Source: Chiloscyllium plagiosum (lineage: Eukaryota). Taken from it: a stretch of 51,304 nt of DNA. Position numbers and translations under genes: made by a program. Each line of letters starts with the position of its first letter. Position 1 is the stretch's first letter. Below the pieces are notes generated by a model. It was not told the DNA's origin, made no database searches, and was given only the letters and a program-made list of their open reading frames with translations. The stretch covers positions 54,027,618 through 54,078,921 of the forward strand of contig NC_057718.1 of assembly GCF_004010195.1 (NCBI RefSeq). Reading direction: 5' to 3'. Of the stretch, positions 25,520-37,424 are shown in pieces.

Positions 25520-26335
25520 GAGGAAAGGAAATAACGTATTAGCATGGCGAGAGGATTCGTTAGCTAACAGGAAGCAAAAATAAATGGGTTCGTTTTTGGG
25601 TTTACAGACTGTAACTGGTGGATTGCCCGAGTGATCAATGTTAGGGGCTTAGCTACCTGTGTTTACAATACGTTTCAGTAACTTGGATGAGGGGGACAAA
25701 CGTAAGGCAGTTACAAAGATAGGTGGGAAAGTAAGTTGTCGAGAGCAAATAAAGAATCCACATTGGGATTTAGATAGGTCAAGTAAATAGGCAAACATTT
25801 GGCAGATGGTATATAATGTGAGAATATGTTAATTTGTCCATTTTGGCAGGAAGAAAACAGAAAAATAATTCATTACTTTAATGTGAACAGTCTGCAACAT
25901 TTTACATTTTAGATGCCCTGTAATATGAATCACAAAAACGGTAGCATGTAGGCACAGGAAGAGATTAAGAATGCAAAATGGAATTTGGCAGTGAATGCAA
26001 GGGGAACCAAGCACTGTATAAAATTGGGAAGGATAAAGTAGGCTATAGATGTCTGCTGAAAGGCTTTTACCCATTGTGAGGAAGTCCAGAAATAAGTGAT
26101 ATATTCAAAATTAGGGGTTTCCCCATTTAAGACTCAAACGAGGACAATTATTTTTCCTCAAAAGGGTCATCAATCTGTAGAATGATCTTCTGCAGAGAGT
26201 GGTGTAGGCAAATCAAGAATTCCAAGAGGTGGACAGAAAAGTGGAGTTAAGGCTAGTTTCAAATCAGCCACAATCCTTTCAAGTGGTAGAGCAGGCTTGA
26301 GGGAACAAATAGCCTACTCCAGCTCCAAATTCTCA
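25520..26335 (+). mobile_element. Old CR1, right half continuing 19105-19547
   Basis: Starts AACGTATTAGCATGGCGAGAGGATTCGTTAGCTAACAGGAAGCA (NVLAWxExWLxNRKQ), the segment expected directly after the left half. Ends in a CR1 3' UTR. Confidence 0.75.
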
Positions 26336-26714
26336 TGCAGTCAATGGGAAAAGATGTGCATGTCATCATGTTCAGATCTTGAATCAGTATTTTTGAGCTG
26401 GTTCAAATAATTCAGAATAACTAACAAACATTGGATAGCCAATCTCTTCTTGCTAGAAATGTGAAGAAATAAATTCAGAGAAGTTTCTAGTGCCTTTGTT
26501 AATAATTTTATCAATGAAGTATTAATAATGCAACCTTCAATATCAATATTTTGCACATCAATTAAAACTTCAGATTTCCAAAATAAAAGGAGAGAGAGAT
26601 ACATTAACACACTATCCTCCATTACGTCAAATTGTTACAAAACCCCTTTTAAAAATCTAGTTTTATTGTAAAAAAAAAGTGTAGTCATTGACACATTTTA
26701 ACATAAAACAACTT

Positions 26715-26935
26715 GTAAACAGCAAGATCCCACAATCAGCAATATGCTAATGACCAGGAATTTCATTCAATGATTTTGATTTGGGCTAAAATATTGGCCA
26801 GATCACAAGGATAGATCCCAATAGTATCATGGGATATTTTAATGCCCACCTTAGAAATCAGAGCTTTGGTTTCAGTTCTGAAAGATGGTGCTTCTGATAG
26901 ACCGCTACTCACTCAGAAATATGTTGGAGTATCAA
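26715..26935 (-). mobile_element. Deu-domain SINE remnant (SacSINE1/AmnSINE1-like)
   Basis: CAGCAAGATCCCACAATCAGCAAT...TAATGACCAG...AAATATTGGCCAG...CATGGGAT...GAAAGATGG resembles the remembered Deu-domain consensus. Confidence 0.65.
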
Positions 26936-28729
26936 CCAATATGTTTGAATGTTTCTTCCCTAAAATCCTTGTGAGCCAGCAGCAAGAACATTTTCATTGA
27001 GTGACAAATACCAAGCTTGGTGTCAAACTTGATTAGATGGTACACCAATAGGGTGTTTAACTAACTCAGGAAATTAACTCAAAGAAGGGATTTTGGTGCA
27101 ATTTGTTTGTCCCATCATGGGGCGAAAAACAGCCAAACTTATTCTTCCTTTTCGAAGTTCCTCCCCAGTCAACATGAGGTATCCCTTAGCCTGGCATGTG
27201 GTAGTCAACTAAACCGATCAAGACTTTCAATCTTTGCTGCAGAGGATATTCTCTCGCCCCCAATTAGAGAGCCCCTATTAATAATTCATTTTTATTCCTC
27301 TCTTGTCCCTGCTCCCCACACCAACATAATTGTTTCTGCACCCCATTACCAATGGTTTTAAATGTTTTCTATTATTGCTGTATATAGTTGTTGAGAATAC
27401 AAATTGCAATGCTGAACACTTTCTGAAATAAAATGGGTGGACTGCTTTTATTGCTGGAACATCTCCTTCCATACCGATTACTTCCTAGTAACCCTGGCTG
27501 GGTTTGACATCTTCCTCAAAAGACCTGGGGAGTCAGAGAAGTGGAGAAGGATCAGAAAGAGGTGGGAGGGCTGTCTTTCTCTCCCTTTCTTCTAGTTGAA
27601 ATTTTGGAACTTGATAGATAGAGACAGGACCATTTGAAACTTTTTTTAAAAATGTATCTTGCAAACTCAGAAGAGGAGCTGTGACCAGTTTCCAAACTTG
27701 GAACCAGTTTTACCAATTAAATTGAAGTTTCAATCAAAAGATTTTCTACAGATATACATCTGTCAAGAATTTTATTTCTACAACAATTAAAGTCAAATGG
27801 ACTGTAAGGAGTTATCACCCTTATATAGTTTGTTTTATAGAACTTTTTTTTCCTTTACGAAGTATTATCTCCAAAAAGCTGTTGTTGTCCTGTGCAGGAG
27901 GGAAACATATTTGTTTAGGATTTTTAAAAAAAATGAGGATAAAGTTCTAATTCTGGATTATAGCCGAGATATTCTTAAAATAAATGGCACAACTGCCTGA
28001 TCATAAATAGATTGGAGTTCATTGGTGAAGCCTAATAAAAGACTTTTGTTTTTGTCCGGAATAGCCTTATCAAAAACAAATAAGTGGCCATTTTCATGTT
28101 TGAACTTAATCATGTATACTAAAAAGGTGCAGCTCATATGTAGGATGAGATTATCAGTGCATTTCACCTATCACAGTTAAAAAACTTAACATTTCTCAAG
28201 TTATGTTCTCAGCATATCTAAAATTAGCATTTCTTCAATCAGGGTTTGTCACATTTACAGCTTTAAAAAGATAGTATTTTGTGATCACTATTGCTTATTT
28301 TCTATAACTTCTACATGTCTGATCTGCTCTGGTTCATTCTCCATTGCTAGATCCATAGTGAATCTTCTCTTTGTGAACTTTTTTATTACTTGGGTTAGAA
28401 AGAAGTTCTGTACGCATGGGAAGATTTCCATTCAGATTCCGAATTCATCATAAAGGTGAATGAAATCCCCATGATTATTGTTTATGATCCAAATGACTGA
28501 TCTGTCTCCGTAAGATATCCCCCATCTCCTTTGCACTATTAAATGGTCTCCACACTTCATCTATGGAATGAGTGATATTTTACGACCTTTTATCTTTATC
28601 AATATGGATTCTGTTCTTGTCTTGCAGATATTGGTGTCCCTTTTTCCTTATTTCATTATACTATCTAAACCAAGTATATCTAGTGCACCAACCCATTTTC
28701 TTTCCTAAAGATATATAAAAATTCTAAAT

Positions 28730-29290
28730 ATAATCAAGGATAAGATTATGGATAACCTCGAAAATTTTCAGCTAATCAGCGAGAGTCAGAATAGATTCCT
28801 GATGAATAGGTCATGCCTGACAAACTGAGTATTTTAAATTGGTGACAAAGATGGTGGACAGAGCTAAGTCAGTGGGTGCAGTTTGTCTGAACTTCCAGAA
28901 AATTTTTAATAAAATCCCATACAATGGACTGTTATCAATTTGGAAGCCCATAGAATGGAGGGAAAAATACTGACATGGATAGGAAATTGTTTCCGGCAAT
29001 GCAACCAGAGTTGAAATAATGAAGTAGTACTCAAATTCACATGACATGGCTCGTGGTGTCCCACAGAGACCAGTGCTGGAGTCTCAAGTTTTCAAAATAT
29101 TCATTAACGACCTGGATAACAGCATTAAAAAGTCAAATTTGCTATTGACAAAATTGGGCAGCATGGTAAACAGTGTTGATGATAGCATAAAATTAGAACA
29201 GGATATTGATAGGTTAAGTGAATTGGCAAAGCAATAGGTGTTTGATTTTAATGAGCAAGTGTAGAGTTATCCATTTTCAGTCTGAAATGA
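28730..29290 (+). mobile_element. Old CR1 RT fragment
   Basis: GVPQRPVLESQVFKIFINDLD...LEQDIDRLSELA. Confidence 0.8.
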
Positions 29291-29295
29291 ATAGA

Positions 29296-29585
29296 TTAGA
29301 TTAGATTACCTACAGTGTGGGAACAGGCCCTTTGGCCCAACAAGTCCACACCACTCAGACCCATTCCCCTACATTTACCCCTGCACCTAACACTACGGGC
29401 AATTTTGCATGGCCAATTCACCTAACCTGCATGTTTTTGGACTATGGGAGGAAACCGGAGCATCCGGAGGAAACCCACGCAGACATGGGGAGAATGTGCA
29501 AACTCCACACAGTCAGTCACCTGAGGCAGGAATTGAACCTGGGTCTCTGGCGCTGTGAGGCAACGTGCTAACCACTGTGCCACCC
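29296..29585 (-). mobile_element. HE1-like SINE
   Basis: Same family as 6776-7081, with an (ATTAG)n tail on the plus strand. Confidence 0.9.
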
Positions 29586-30099
29586 ATTATGTGTATGTGT
29601 GGAAGGGAGGGGAAAAAAAAACAAAGAGCGAGAGCAAAAACATTGAAACTGAATGATCTGTTCCACTGCTCTGCATCCCCTGAGAATATTTACAGAAAGC
29701 AAGCTTGGGCAGGAGGAAACTCAGGCTGTTTGTGAACCTGCTTCTCATCCCCATTTTCAAATGCATCTGCTGAGGCGATTTTGGTCTGTTCACCACCAGA
29801 GGTGATAGCAAGGTCAGAATCACTTCAATCCACCTCCTTAAAAGAGTAGCCCCATCCCTCTACTTACCTGCTATTCAGGATTGGAGGTCTAGTCTGTTTC
29901 CTTATTGTTCTTTTTTTTAAAAAAACTAGTATGGCAAATAAATCTTTTAGTAATTAACTGTTGCTTTACACTTAATGGTCATTTTATTATCTTTGCTATC
30001 AATTTATTGCTTTGGAATCATTTTGACTCTGAAATGCCAAAGTTAGTCTTTGTGAAGTTGGCTTACTCAAGAAAAGAATTAAAATATGCCCCTGCTCTC

Positions 30100-30345
30100 A
30101 AATAGATGAAAGCTGGACACACCTCTACAAGATATACTGCACCACCACATCCAAGCAGCAAACTTAGAAATATATTGACAGTCCTTTATCATTAAAGAGT
30201 CAAAATCTTGAAACTCCTTCCCTCAAAGCACTGCCAGGTAACAACACGACAGACTGCAGCAGTTCAAGAAGGCTGTTCACCAACACCCCCTCAAGGGTAA
30301 TTAAGAATGAGCAATAAATGTTAATTTTGCCAGTGATTCACATAT
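30100..30345 (+). mobile_element. LINE (CR1/L2 group) 3' end
   Basis: GACTGCAGCAGTTCAAGAAGGC...CTCAAGGG...CAATAAATG, a terminal motif following a WNSLP-like segment. Confidence 0.6.
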
Positions 30346-32624
30346 CCTGTTTTTGTTTTCTTTATTTGACTTTGGCATCGTTGGCAAGTCCAATACTTGA
30401 CAGAATGTATATAAAACCATATTTGCAAAACAAAAAGGAGGGATTGATAAACTCTGATGGAATTAATGTAATAAAACCATCCATTAGAAGCATATAAATA
30501 TCTTGTTATAAGTGAGGAAGAAATGCTTTCACAGTGAAAAGACCCCTTTCAGGATGATGTTGTAGTTGCAATAAAGACAGGATTCCTGAATTAAATTGGT
30601 CTATTTGACGGAGCCCTTCACAATACCCGAGTTGGAGACTCTCAATCTGTACCAGTATCATGGAGAGATTTTCCACTCTACACAGAATCATGTTTTGCAA
30701 CATAACCGTAAATACTTAAATCAAAATTAATTATATATATATATATAATATTTCTAACATTAAAAAGTAGTAATGGATATAATTCATTTAATAGAAATTT
30801 CCAACTTATTGGTTCAATTTATTCAAGCCTCATTTCATCAGTTAGTGGAGTTATATTACAGTCCTTTGTTTATAGGAAGGTTGAATAAAAATGAGAATTT
30901 GGTACAATGAACCATCAAATATCCCAACCAAATGGCTGGTAACATACCAAATGTTTTGAATTTTAATCAGAAGTCTTTTTTTCCCCCCAAGTGCTGCACG
31001 ACAAAGTGATGTGAGAATCATAAATTAAAAATAAATCAGAAAGTGAAACATAGGCCTTTTGATCAAGACTTTCATAATTAGCTCATTGATCAGCACGTTG
31101 CAGTATTCTCTTGGCAATTATTACCTTATATAATAGTTCAAACATAAAAAAGGTAACAAACAATTAAAGATGTTTATTCTTCAAACCTATATTTTCTAAT
31201 TACTTCTTGGAGATATCAGTATTAGATGCTCAAATTTGGATTATTGCATTAAAGCAAGAAAACAGACAAACTTGAATTTACGTAGCATTTTTACATCCTC
31301 AGAACATCACACAAGTTAGTACATTTGACATCCAGTTTCTTCTGTTATGTAATCAAACACAATTAGGAGCCAACTGAATCCTACACACCATTGCGATAAA
31401 TAATCCAGTTAATCTATTTTGGTAGTGTCACTGTTATATATCATAGTGATGTAAATATTAGTCAAGCATAGCATCCAAACGTTAATCAGAAGAATTGTCC
31501 TCCTATTAGAGCATGAAAACTGGCTTAAATGTGTTTCTGTAGAGAGTTCAATTATAGCTGCACTCAATAAAATGATGCCTGATCACAGCTTGATTTTTCT
31601 TATCATGTCAGAGACACTATAGTTGGGACTTAATTGGCTGCTCTTACAAAATGGCACATCTGAGCATGTTACAAAACCAGACTTTAAGCACCTTCAAACT
31701 TCCAGCTGGTGACAGTCTTGTTAATACGTGACAGATGAGTTTATGAAGAAAAACGTTAAGCTGCTGTAATGGTAGTCTATAGCAAAGCCTATAGTCAATA
31801 CACACAGATGAGTGTCATAGTTACATAATCATCCTGACATGAACATATGAAAGTCTGCTCTTATGACGGCCAATGGGCTTTATTTAATGAGAATCCTTAC
31901 CATTAAGGTTAGCATTGCACTCACATTGCTTGCTGTATACTGAAAATATTACTTAATAAACTTTGTTTCTCCACTTTAATGTTTAAATGGTTTCCCATAA
32001 ATGAAATGGCAATAAGATCAGATATCTGGAGTAAGTACTATACTGCATTTTTTTTTTATCATTACCACTCCATCACTAATTCACCAAATAGAAAATGGGC
32101 ATGGAATATCACTGAAAATAAATGACAATATACTGAACAGATTGCAATAGAATTGCCTTTCCAGTCAAGCTACATTATCTGTAGCTCTTCCAGACAAATT
32201 AATAGATAGCCCTGTGAAAAGTGGCCAGCTGGTATCTTTCTCTAATCCTGAAGGCACATCACTTTAGTCAACTTTCCAAATCATTATACATCCAAAAGAA
32301 TGTTCAATCTACATATTACAAGTGAAAGGAAAAAATTGTTTTCAAGACTGAGCTAAACGGATTATCTTCAAACATTTGGAGCACTTTTACTAAACTTGAA
32401 AGAGAAAGACTTTCTTCCAAATAATTCTTTTTCCATATCTGTTACAATATTTCTGATATTATTGGAGTCTTGTATGAAATCATTTGTACAATTTTGAATT
32501 CATAAGCTGTGCCTCTAGTATCAGTTCCAATTGGCTTGATGCGACAACTGTCTGTATGTCATTATCAAACCCTGGAGCAATCACTATCGTCATTACTAAC
32601 ATTCAATTGCCCTTTCTGAAGTGT

Positions 32625-32817
32625 ACAAAGTTAAAGATCACACAACACCAAGTTATAGTCCAACATGTTTAATTGGAAGCATGATTGTCACCACCACCTG
32701 ATGAAGGAGCAGCGCTCCGAAAGCTAGTGCTTCCAATTAAACCTGTTGGAATATAACCTGGTGTTGTGAGATTTTTAAACTCTGCGCACCCCATTCCATA
32801 CTGGCATCTCCAAATCA
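32625..32817. mobile_element. Palindromic PLE insertion with 12-bp TSD
   Basis: TTTCTGAAGTGT at 32613-32624 and 32818-32829. Inverted arms of the same family as 19168-19365. Confidence 0.8.
32695..32729 (+). ncRNA. Minimal type I hammerhead ribozyme (second family)
   Basis: Stem I CAC/GTG, CTGATGA (32698-32704), stem II GGAGC/GCTCC, GAAA, palindromic AGCT, predicted CUA cleavage triplet ending at 32726. Confidence 0.75.
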
Positions 32818-33149
32818 TTTCTGAAGTGTGTATGACTTTAATCAGATGAAAAATCAAAACTGAGGTTTTGTTCTACTTCATACCTGGGAGAGCCCAGTGA
32901 CAAAGCAAATCAAAGATTTCTTCCTAGTTCCCATCCGACCCACCTAATTACCTACTCAGATGAGTGCAGCCATGATTACCTTGGCCTAAATGCGAAGTGA
33001 CCATCTCTTGGACCTTTAGTGGATACAAGAGAGTAAAGGTTTACTAATTTACTGCAAGCAGCACTTCTTAGAAAAAAGGAAAATGACCCCAGAATGAATG
33101 GATTAGATTAACATTCTGCAGTCCTGCCATCTCCTGTAATGAATGACAG

Positions 33150-34190
33150 TTTACCACTAAAGCGGTTAACAGGAAGAGAAAGTTCAGCAAATATCCCCAT
33201 CCTCAATGCTGGGAGGATCCTCCTATCAGTAAAGATGAAGTTAAAGTAGTCACAACCACCGAGCTGATTCACCTTTGCATCTTAAGGTCTCTCCAGTAAT
33301 GCATGACAGTTTTCAGACTCAATTCATTGTGCATGATATGTAGAAACAGTTGAAGGCACTAGAAATAACAAACTATTCACCCTGATAACATCCCTGGAGA
33401 CATATGCTGTAGACAATCCGTTGACTGGACTCAACTCGACACCCAAAGACCCAACCATCTGGAGACCAATCAACTCAGAGCCAGAATATCACCTCAGAAG
33501 TTCTTCAGATAGTTAAATTTAGGACACTATCATCCTTTGCTTCATTGGTGATCTTCCCTAGATCATATCAGGTACTCAAGCACTCTGTACTTCCAAGTCA
33601 CAAGTCCGGAATAACATTCATACTTGCTTTGTCAGGAGGAAAGTATCACATTGTCATATTAAATTGCATGGCCTCTAACAAGACCTCCCCTTCACAAGTA
33701 ATACCCGTGAAATTTAATGTTGCTACTTTCATCAAATCCCACACCTTCAACATGGTGGATGTTACTATTGACCAGAAACATTTCTGAATCATCCATATAA
33801 ATATTGTGGCTGCAAGAACAGTTCAGATATTAAGAAATCTGTAGCAAATATGGACCTTCAGACTCAAATGTCTGTCCACCGTCTCCAGTACAAGTCAGAA
33901 ACGTGATAGAATACTGTCCATTTGCTTTGAAAGATAAACTCCAACAACACCAGCAGCTCAATACCATCCAGAGCAAAGTACTGCACTTAAATCAGTAGCT
34001 TATCCACCACCTTAAATATCAACACCCTCCATTGCCAAAACACATTGGCATCGTGTGTATGAGATATAACATGTACTACAGCAACTTTCTAACCCTTAAA
34101 CAAAACCTTCCAAACCTGCAACCTCGATTATCAAAAAGGACATGGGCATCAGAAACATATGAAGATCACCCATGCAAACCATACCTAAGT
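33150..34190 (+). mobile_element. Highly decayed CR1/L2-group LINE
   Basis: CAAGTCAGAAACGTGATAGAATACTGTCC resembles QVRSVMEYSP. GTTACTATTGACCAGAAAC resembles VTIDQKL. Confidence 0.55.
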
Positions 34191-34404
34191 CAACCTCGTC
34201 TCCATGGACTCCCTACAGTATGGAAGCAGGCCATTCAGCCCAGTAAGTTCATATTGACCCACTGAAGAGCATTCTATCCAGACTCACGACTCCTCCTACA
34301 CTATCCCAGAACATGCCGTGGACGCTTTAATGAAACAATCATAGCTGAAAAGAAAAATATATTTGAAGATTTAATTCTCACTTTGTCAAAATGGTCTAGA
34401 AGTA

Positions 34405-34522
34405 AATTCCTGAAGAAGGGCTCATGCCCGAAACGTCGATTCTCCTGCTCCTTGGATGCTGCGCTTTTGCAGCAACACATTTTCAGCTCTGACCTCCAGC
34501 ATCTGCAGTCATCACTTTCTCC
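34405..34522 (+). mobile_element. Short PLE pLTR 3' fragment with hammerhead core (34410-34437)
   Basis: CTGAAGA-A-GGGC-TCAT-GCCC-GAAACGTC followed by the family tail to CACTTTCTCCT. Confidence 0.8.
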
Positions 34523-34644
34523 TAAAAGCAAAGATACATTGATGGTGTTTATCCTTGTGTCACTGAGAGAGAGAGTGAATAAGGATCACAACAGAGAGGA
34601 TACTTGCAGGATTTTGGTAGAAAGGAAACCCTGGTAAAAAACAT

Positions 34645-34960
34645 GGGTGGTACGGTGGCACAGTGGTTAGCACTGCTGCCTCAAAGCGCCAGAGACCTGG
34701 GTTCAATTCCTGCCTCAGGCGACTGACTGTGGAGTTTGCATATTCTCCCAGTGTCTGTGTGGGTTTCCTCTGGGTGCTCCGGTTTCCTCCCACAGTCCAA
34801 AAATGTGCAGGTTAGGTGAATTGGCCATGCTAAATTGCCCGTAGTGTTAGGTGAAGGGGTAAATGTAGGGGAATGGGTCTGGGTGGGTTGTGCTTCGGCG
34901 GGTTGGTGTGGACTTGTTGGGCCGAAGGGCCTGTTTCCACACTAAGTAAGTAATCTAATC
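34645..34960 (+). mobile_element. HE1-like SINE
   Basis: TGGCACAGTGGTTAGCACTGCTGCC A box, GGTTCAATTCC B box, TAATCTAATC tail. Confidence 0.92.
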
Positions 34961-34965
34961 CATCT

Positions 34966-35146
34966 AACTTACACATCCCAGATGTACGGGCAATTTACCA
35001 TGCCCAATCCATCTAACCTGCACATCTTTGGACTCAGGGAGGAAACCCACGCAGACAGTGGGAGAACGTGCAAACACCACACTGACAGACCTTCACCAAG
35101 GGTGCAATCGAACCCAGGTACATGGCACCGTGAGGCAGCAGTGCTA
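34966..35146 (-). mobile_element. Older SINE fragment, tail-to-tail with the previous copy
   Basis: CTAACCTGCACATCTTTGGAC...GGAAACCCACGCAGACA...GTGAGGCAGCAGTGCTAA. Confidence 0.85.
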
Positions 35147-35689
35147 AAAAATAAACCATCATGCTGCGCATTAATTAAAGTATTAAAGTATAACCTTTGT
35201 TTAAATAGCCAGACTGGCATTGTAATAGAACCCCCACAAGACTAATGTGCAGACAAGGTCTTACATCTGTTAATTAAAAACATGACAATGAATGGAAATT
35301 ATGGACATTGTCTAATTAGTCTGATCAGATATTATCACACACCACGAGCTCATGTAGAATTTGAATCCAGCTGTCAAGGTTCAGAGGTAGGGACACTACC
35401 ATCGCAATATAACAGCCCTAAAAGAAAGTTGTATACTGAGAATATCATAGCAGCAATACCATTTTACTGATGTTTAAGCAGGAGTTCATATCAAAATCTT
35501 GTTTTTCTTAAAAGAAAAAGTGTTGTTAGACTTTAACACCTTTGTCAAAATCAGAGTGGATTTTAATATGCATTCATTGAATAATAGCACTGGCAGTAAT
35601 AATAAAAAAAATTATGAAATGGACTCAGAGCCCAGGGAAAGAAAACAAATGTATTAAAATTCTGAATATGCTGAAGATTGGGAAAGTTG

Positions 35690-35858
35690 TCACTCAACAT
35701 ATTTAAGAAATAGATAGATACCTTTGTATGTACTAAATGTGTCAAGGGGAATGGGGAGAGAGCAGGAGTACAGAGTTGAGAAAGAGGATCAGTCATGATC
35801 ATATTGCCTGGCAGAGCAGACTCAAGAGGCCTAATGATCTACCTACTCTTGCTCCTAC
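35690..35858 (+). mobile_element. CR1 3' UTR fragment
   Basis: TCAAGGGGAATGGGGAGAG...GATCAGTCATGATCATATTG...CCTACTCTTGCTCCTA. Confidence 0.7.
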
Positions 35859-36181
35859 AACGACTGCAATTCAAAATTCTATAAAAGTGAAAGAAATTTC
35901 TTGAATCTGCATAAAATGGGAAATGATCTAGAGTTAATTTAAAAGGATTTCCTTTCTACTGAATAAGGAGTGTGGAAATAACCACAAATGTATGGTTGAA
36001 GCCTTGACATGATTTTTTGACATTAGGAATCTACGTGTGATATGCACAACAGTGGTTAAAGCTAATCAGATTTAGGGAAGGCATTGTTGTATTACGAAAA
36101 AGTAGACTGAATGGTCTGTTTCTGTGCAGTTGTTTCTATTAAAATCGGATACTTTAAAACCAACCATAAGTTGAATACTTA

Positions 36182-36998
36182 CGATTTGGAGGTGCTAGTA
36201 TTGGACTGGGGTGTACAAAGTTTAAAAAAAAAATCACAACATCAGGTTATAATCGAACAGGTTTATTTGGAAACACTAGCTTTCGGAGCACTGCTCCTTC
36301 ATGTGTTTGTAAACTTTTGCTCTAAAACTCTGTGCCTTACAGTGTGATGTAACAAATTATATATTGAAAAAGACCTGGATTGTTACGTCTCTCATCTTTT
36401 TAGAATGACCATGTTGGTTTCAGTTCATTTCACATAGTTCTGGGATTTACATAAGTTACGCTCTCAAGTGAACCTTTAACAATAGGTGCCATGTCAAGTC
36501 AGATAATGCATTGAAGGTGTGAGGTGCCCTGCTTGAGGCATTATCTGAGCTGACATGGCATCTATTGTTACAGTTCACTTGAGAGCGTAGAAAAATGTTC
36601 TGGGATTTACATAAACTGCCGTCAAGTGAACTTTAACAATAGATGCCATGTCAGCGCAGATAATGCCTCACGGCAGGGCACCTCACACCTTCAATGCATT
36701 ATCTGACTTGACATGGCACCTATTGTTAAAGGTTCACTTGAGAGCGTAACTTATTAAATCCCAGAACTATGTGAAAAGAACTGAAACCAACATGGTCATT
36801 CTAAAAAGATGAGAGACGTAACAATCCAGGTCTTTTTCAATATATAATTTCAGTTACATCACACTAAACTTTTGCTCTAAATTCTGCACCTTGCAATCTT
36901 ATACTCCACAATCACTTGATGAAGGAGCAGGGCTCCAAAAGCTAGTGCTTCCAAATAAACCTTTTGGACTATAACCGAGTGCAGCAGGATTTTTATCT
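36182..36998. mobile_element. Complex PLE insertion built from nested inverted repeats
   Basis: Outer inverted pLTR ends. Inner arms 36341-36582 and 36622-36865 are near-perfect reverse complements. Candidate TSD TTG(A/G)ATACTTA at 36171-36181 and 36999-37009. Confidence 0.75.
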
Positions 36999-37087
36999 TT
37001 GGATACTTATGGCACACAGCTGGGCCAGTGAACCCATAAAGGTCCAGGTCCACGTCCCAAAATAGGGACAATAATCAGTGTTACAAG

Positions 37088-37424
37088 TGGGTGGCACGGT
37101 GGCAGTGGGTGGCACGGTGGCACAGTGGTTAGCACTGCTGCCTCGCAGCGCCAGAGACCCGGGTTCAATTCCCATCTCAGGCGACTGACTGTGTGGAGTT
37201 TGCACGTTCTCCCCGTGTCTGCGTGGGTTTCCTCCGGGTGCTCCGGTTTCCTCCCACAGCCCAAAGATGTGCAGGTCAGGTGAATTGGCCATGCTAAATT
37301 GCCCGTAGTGTTAGGTAAGGGGTAAATGTAGGGGTATGGCTGGGTTACGCTTCGGCGGGTCAGTGTGGACTTGTTGGGCCGAAGGGCCTGTTTCCACACT
37401 GTAAAGTAATCTAATCTAATCTAA
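37088..37424 (+). mobile_element. Young HE1-like SINE with duplicated 5' head
   Basis: GTGGGTGGCACGGTGGCA occurs twice, then a full SINE with CpGs retained and a (TAATC)3 tail. Confidence 0.92.

Larger units (their letters stand above)
21534..25520 (+). mobile_element. hAT DNA transposon remnant (Buster/GTF2IRD2-like transposase), interrupted by a SINE and CR1 copies
   Basis: KMYNFH...FLFT (BED-like start); AMNVAAISLFNEFKNKEQITAIQCISLNASTVER; FDKSIDMTDRVQLIVF resembling LDESTDxxDxAQLxIF; LHTDVRWLC-GKIL resembling HTEVRWLSRGKVL; ETAFPPVKIIKS resembling CEQAFSxMKIIKS. A possible 3' terminus lies near AAGATCGGAGACTACC. Confidence 0.85.

Noticed and set aside
21543..25521. GACTACCCGA direct match at 21543 and 25512, with an inverted partial match at 20921, as possible hAT termini
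   Set aside because: Wrong orientation or internal position for TIRs, and no 8-bp TSD. Probably chance.
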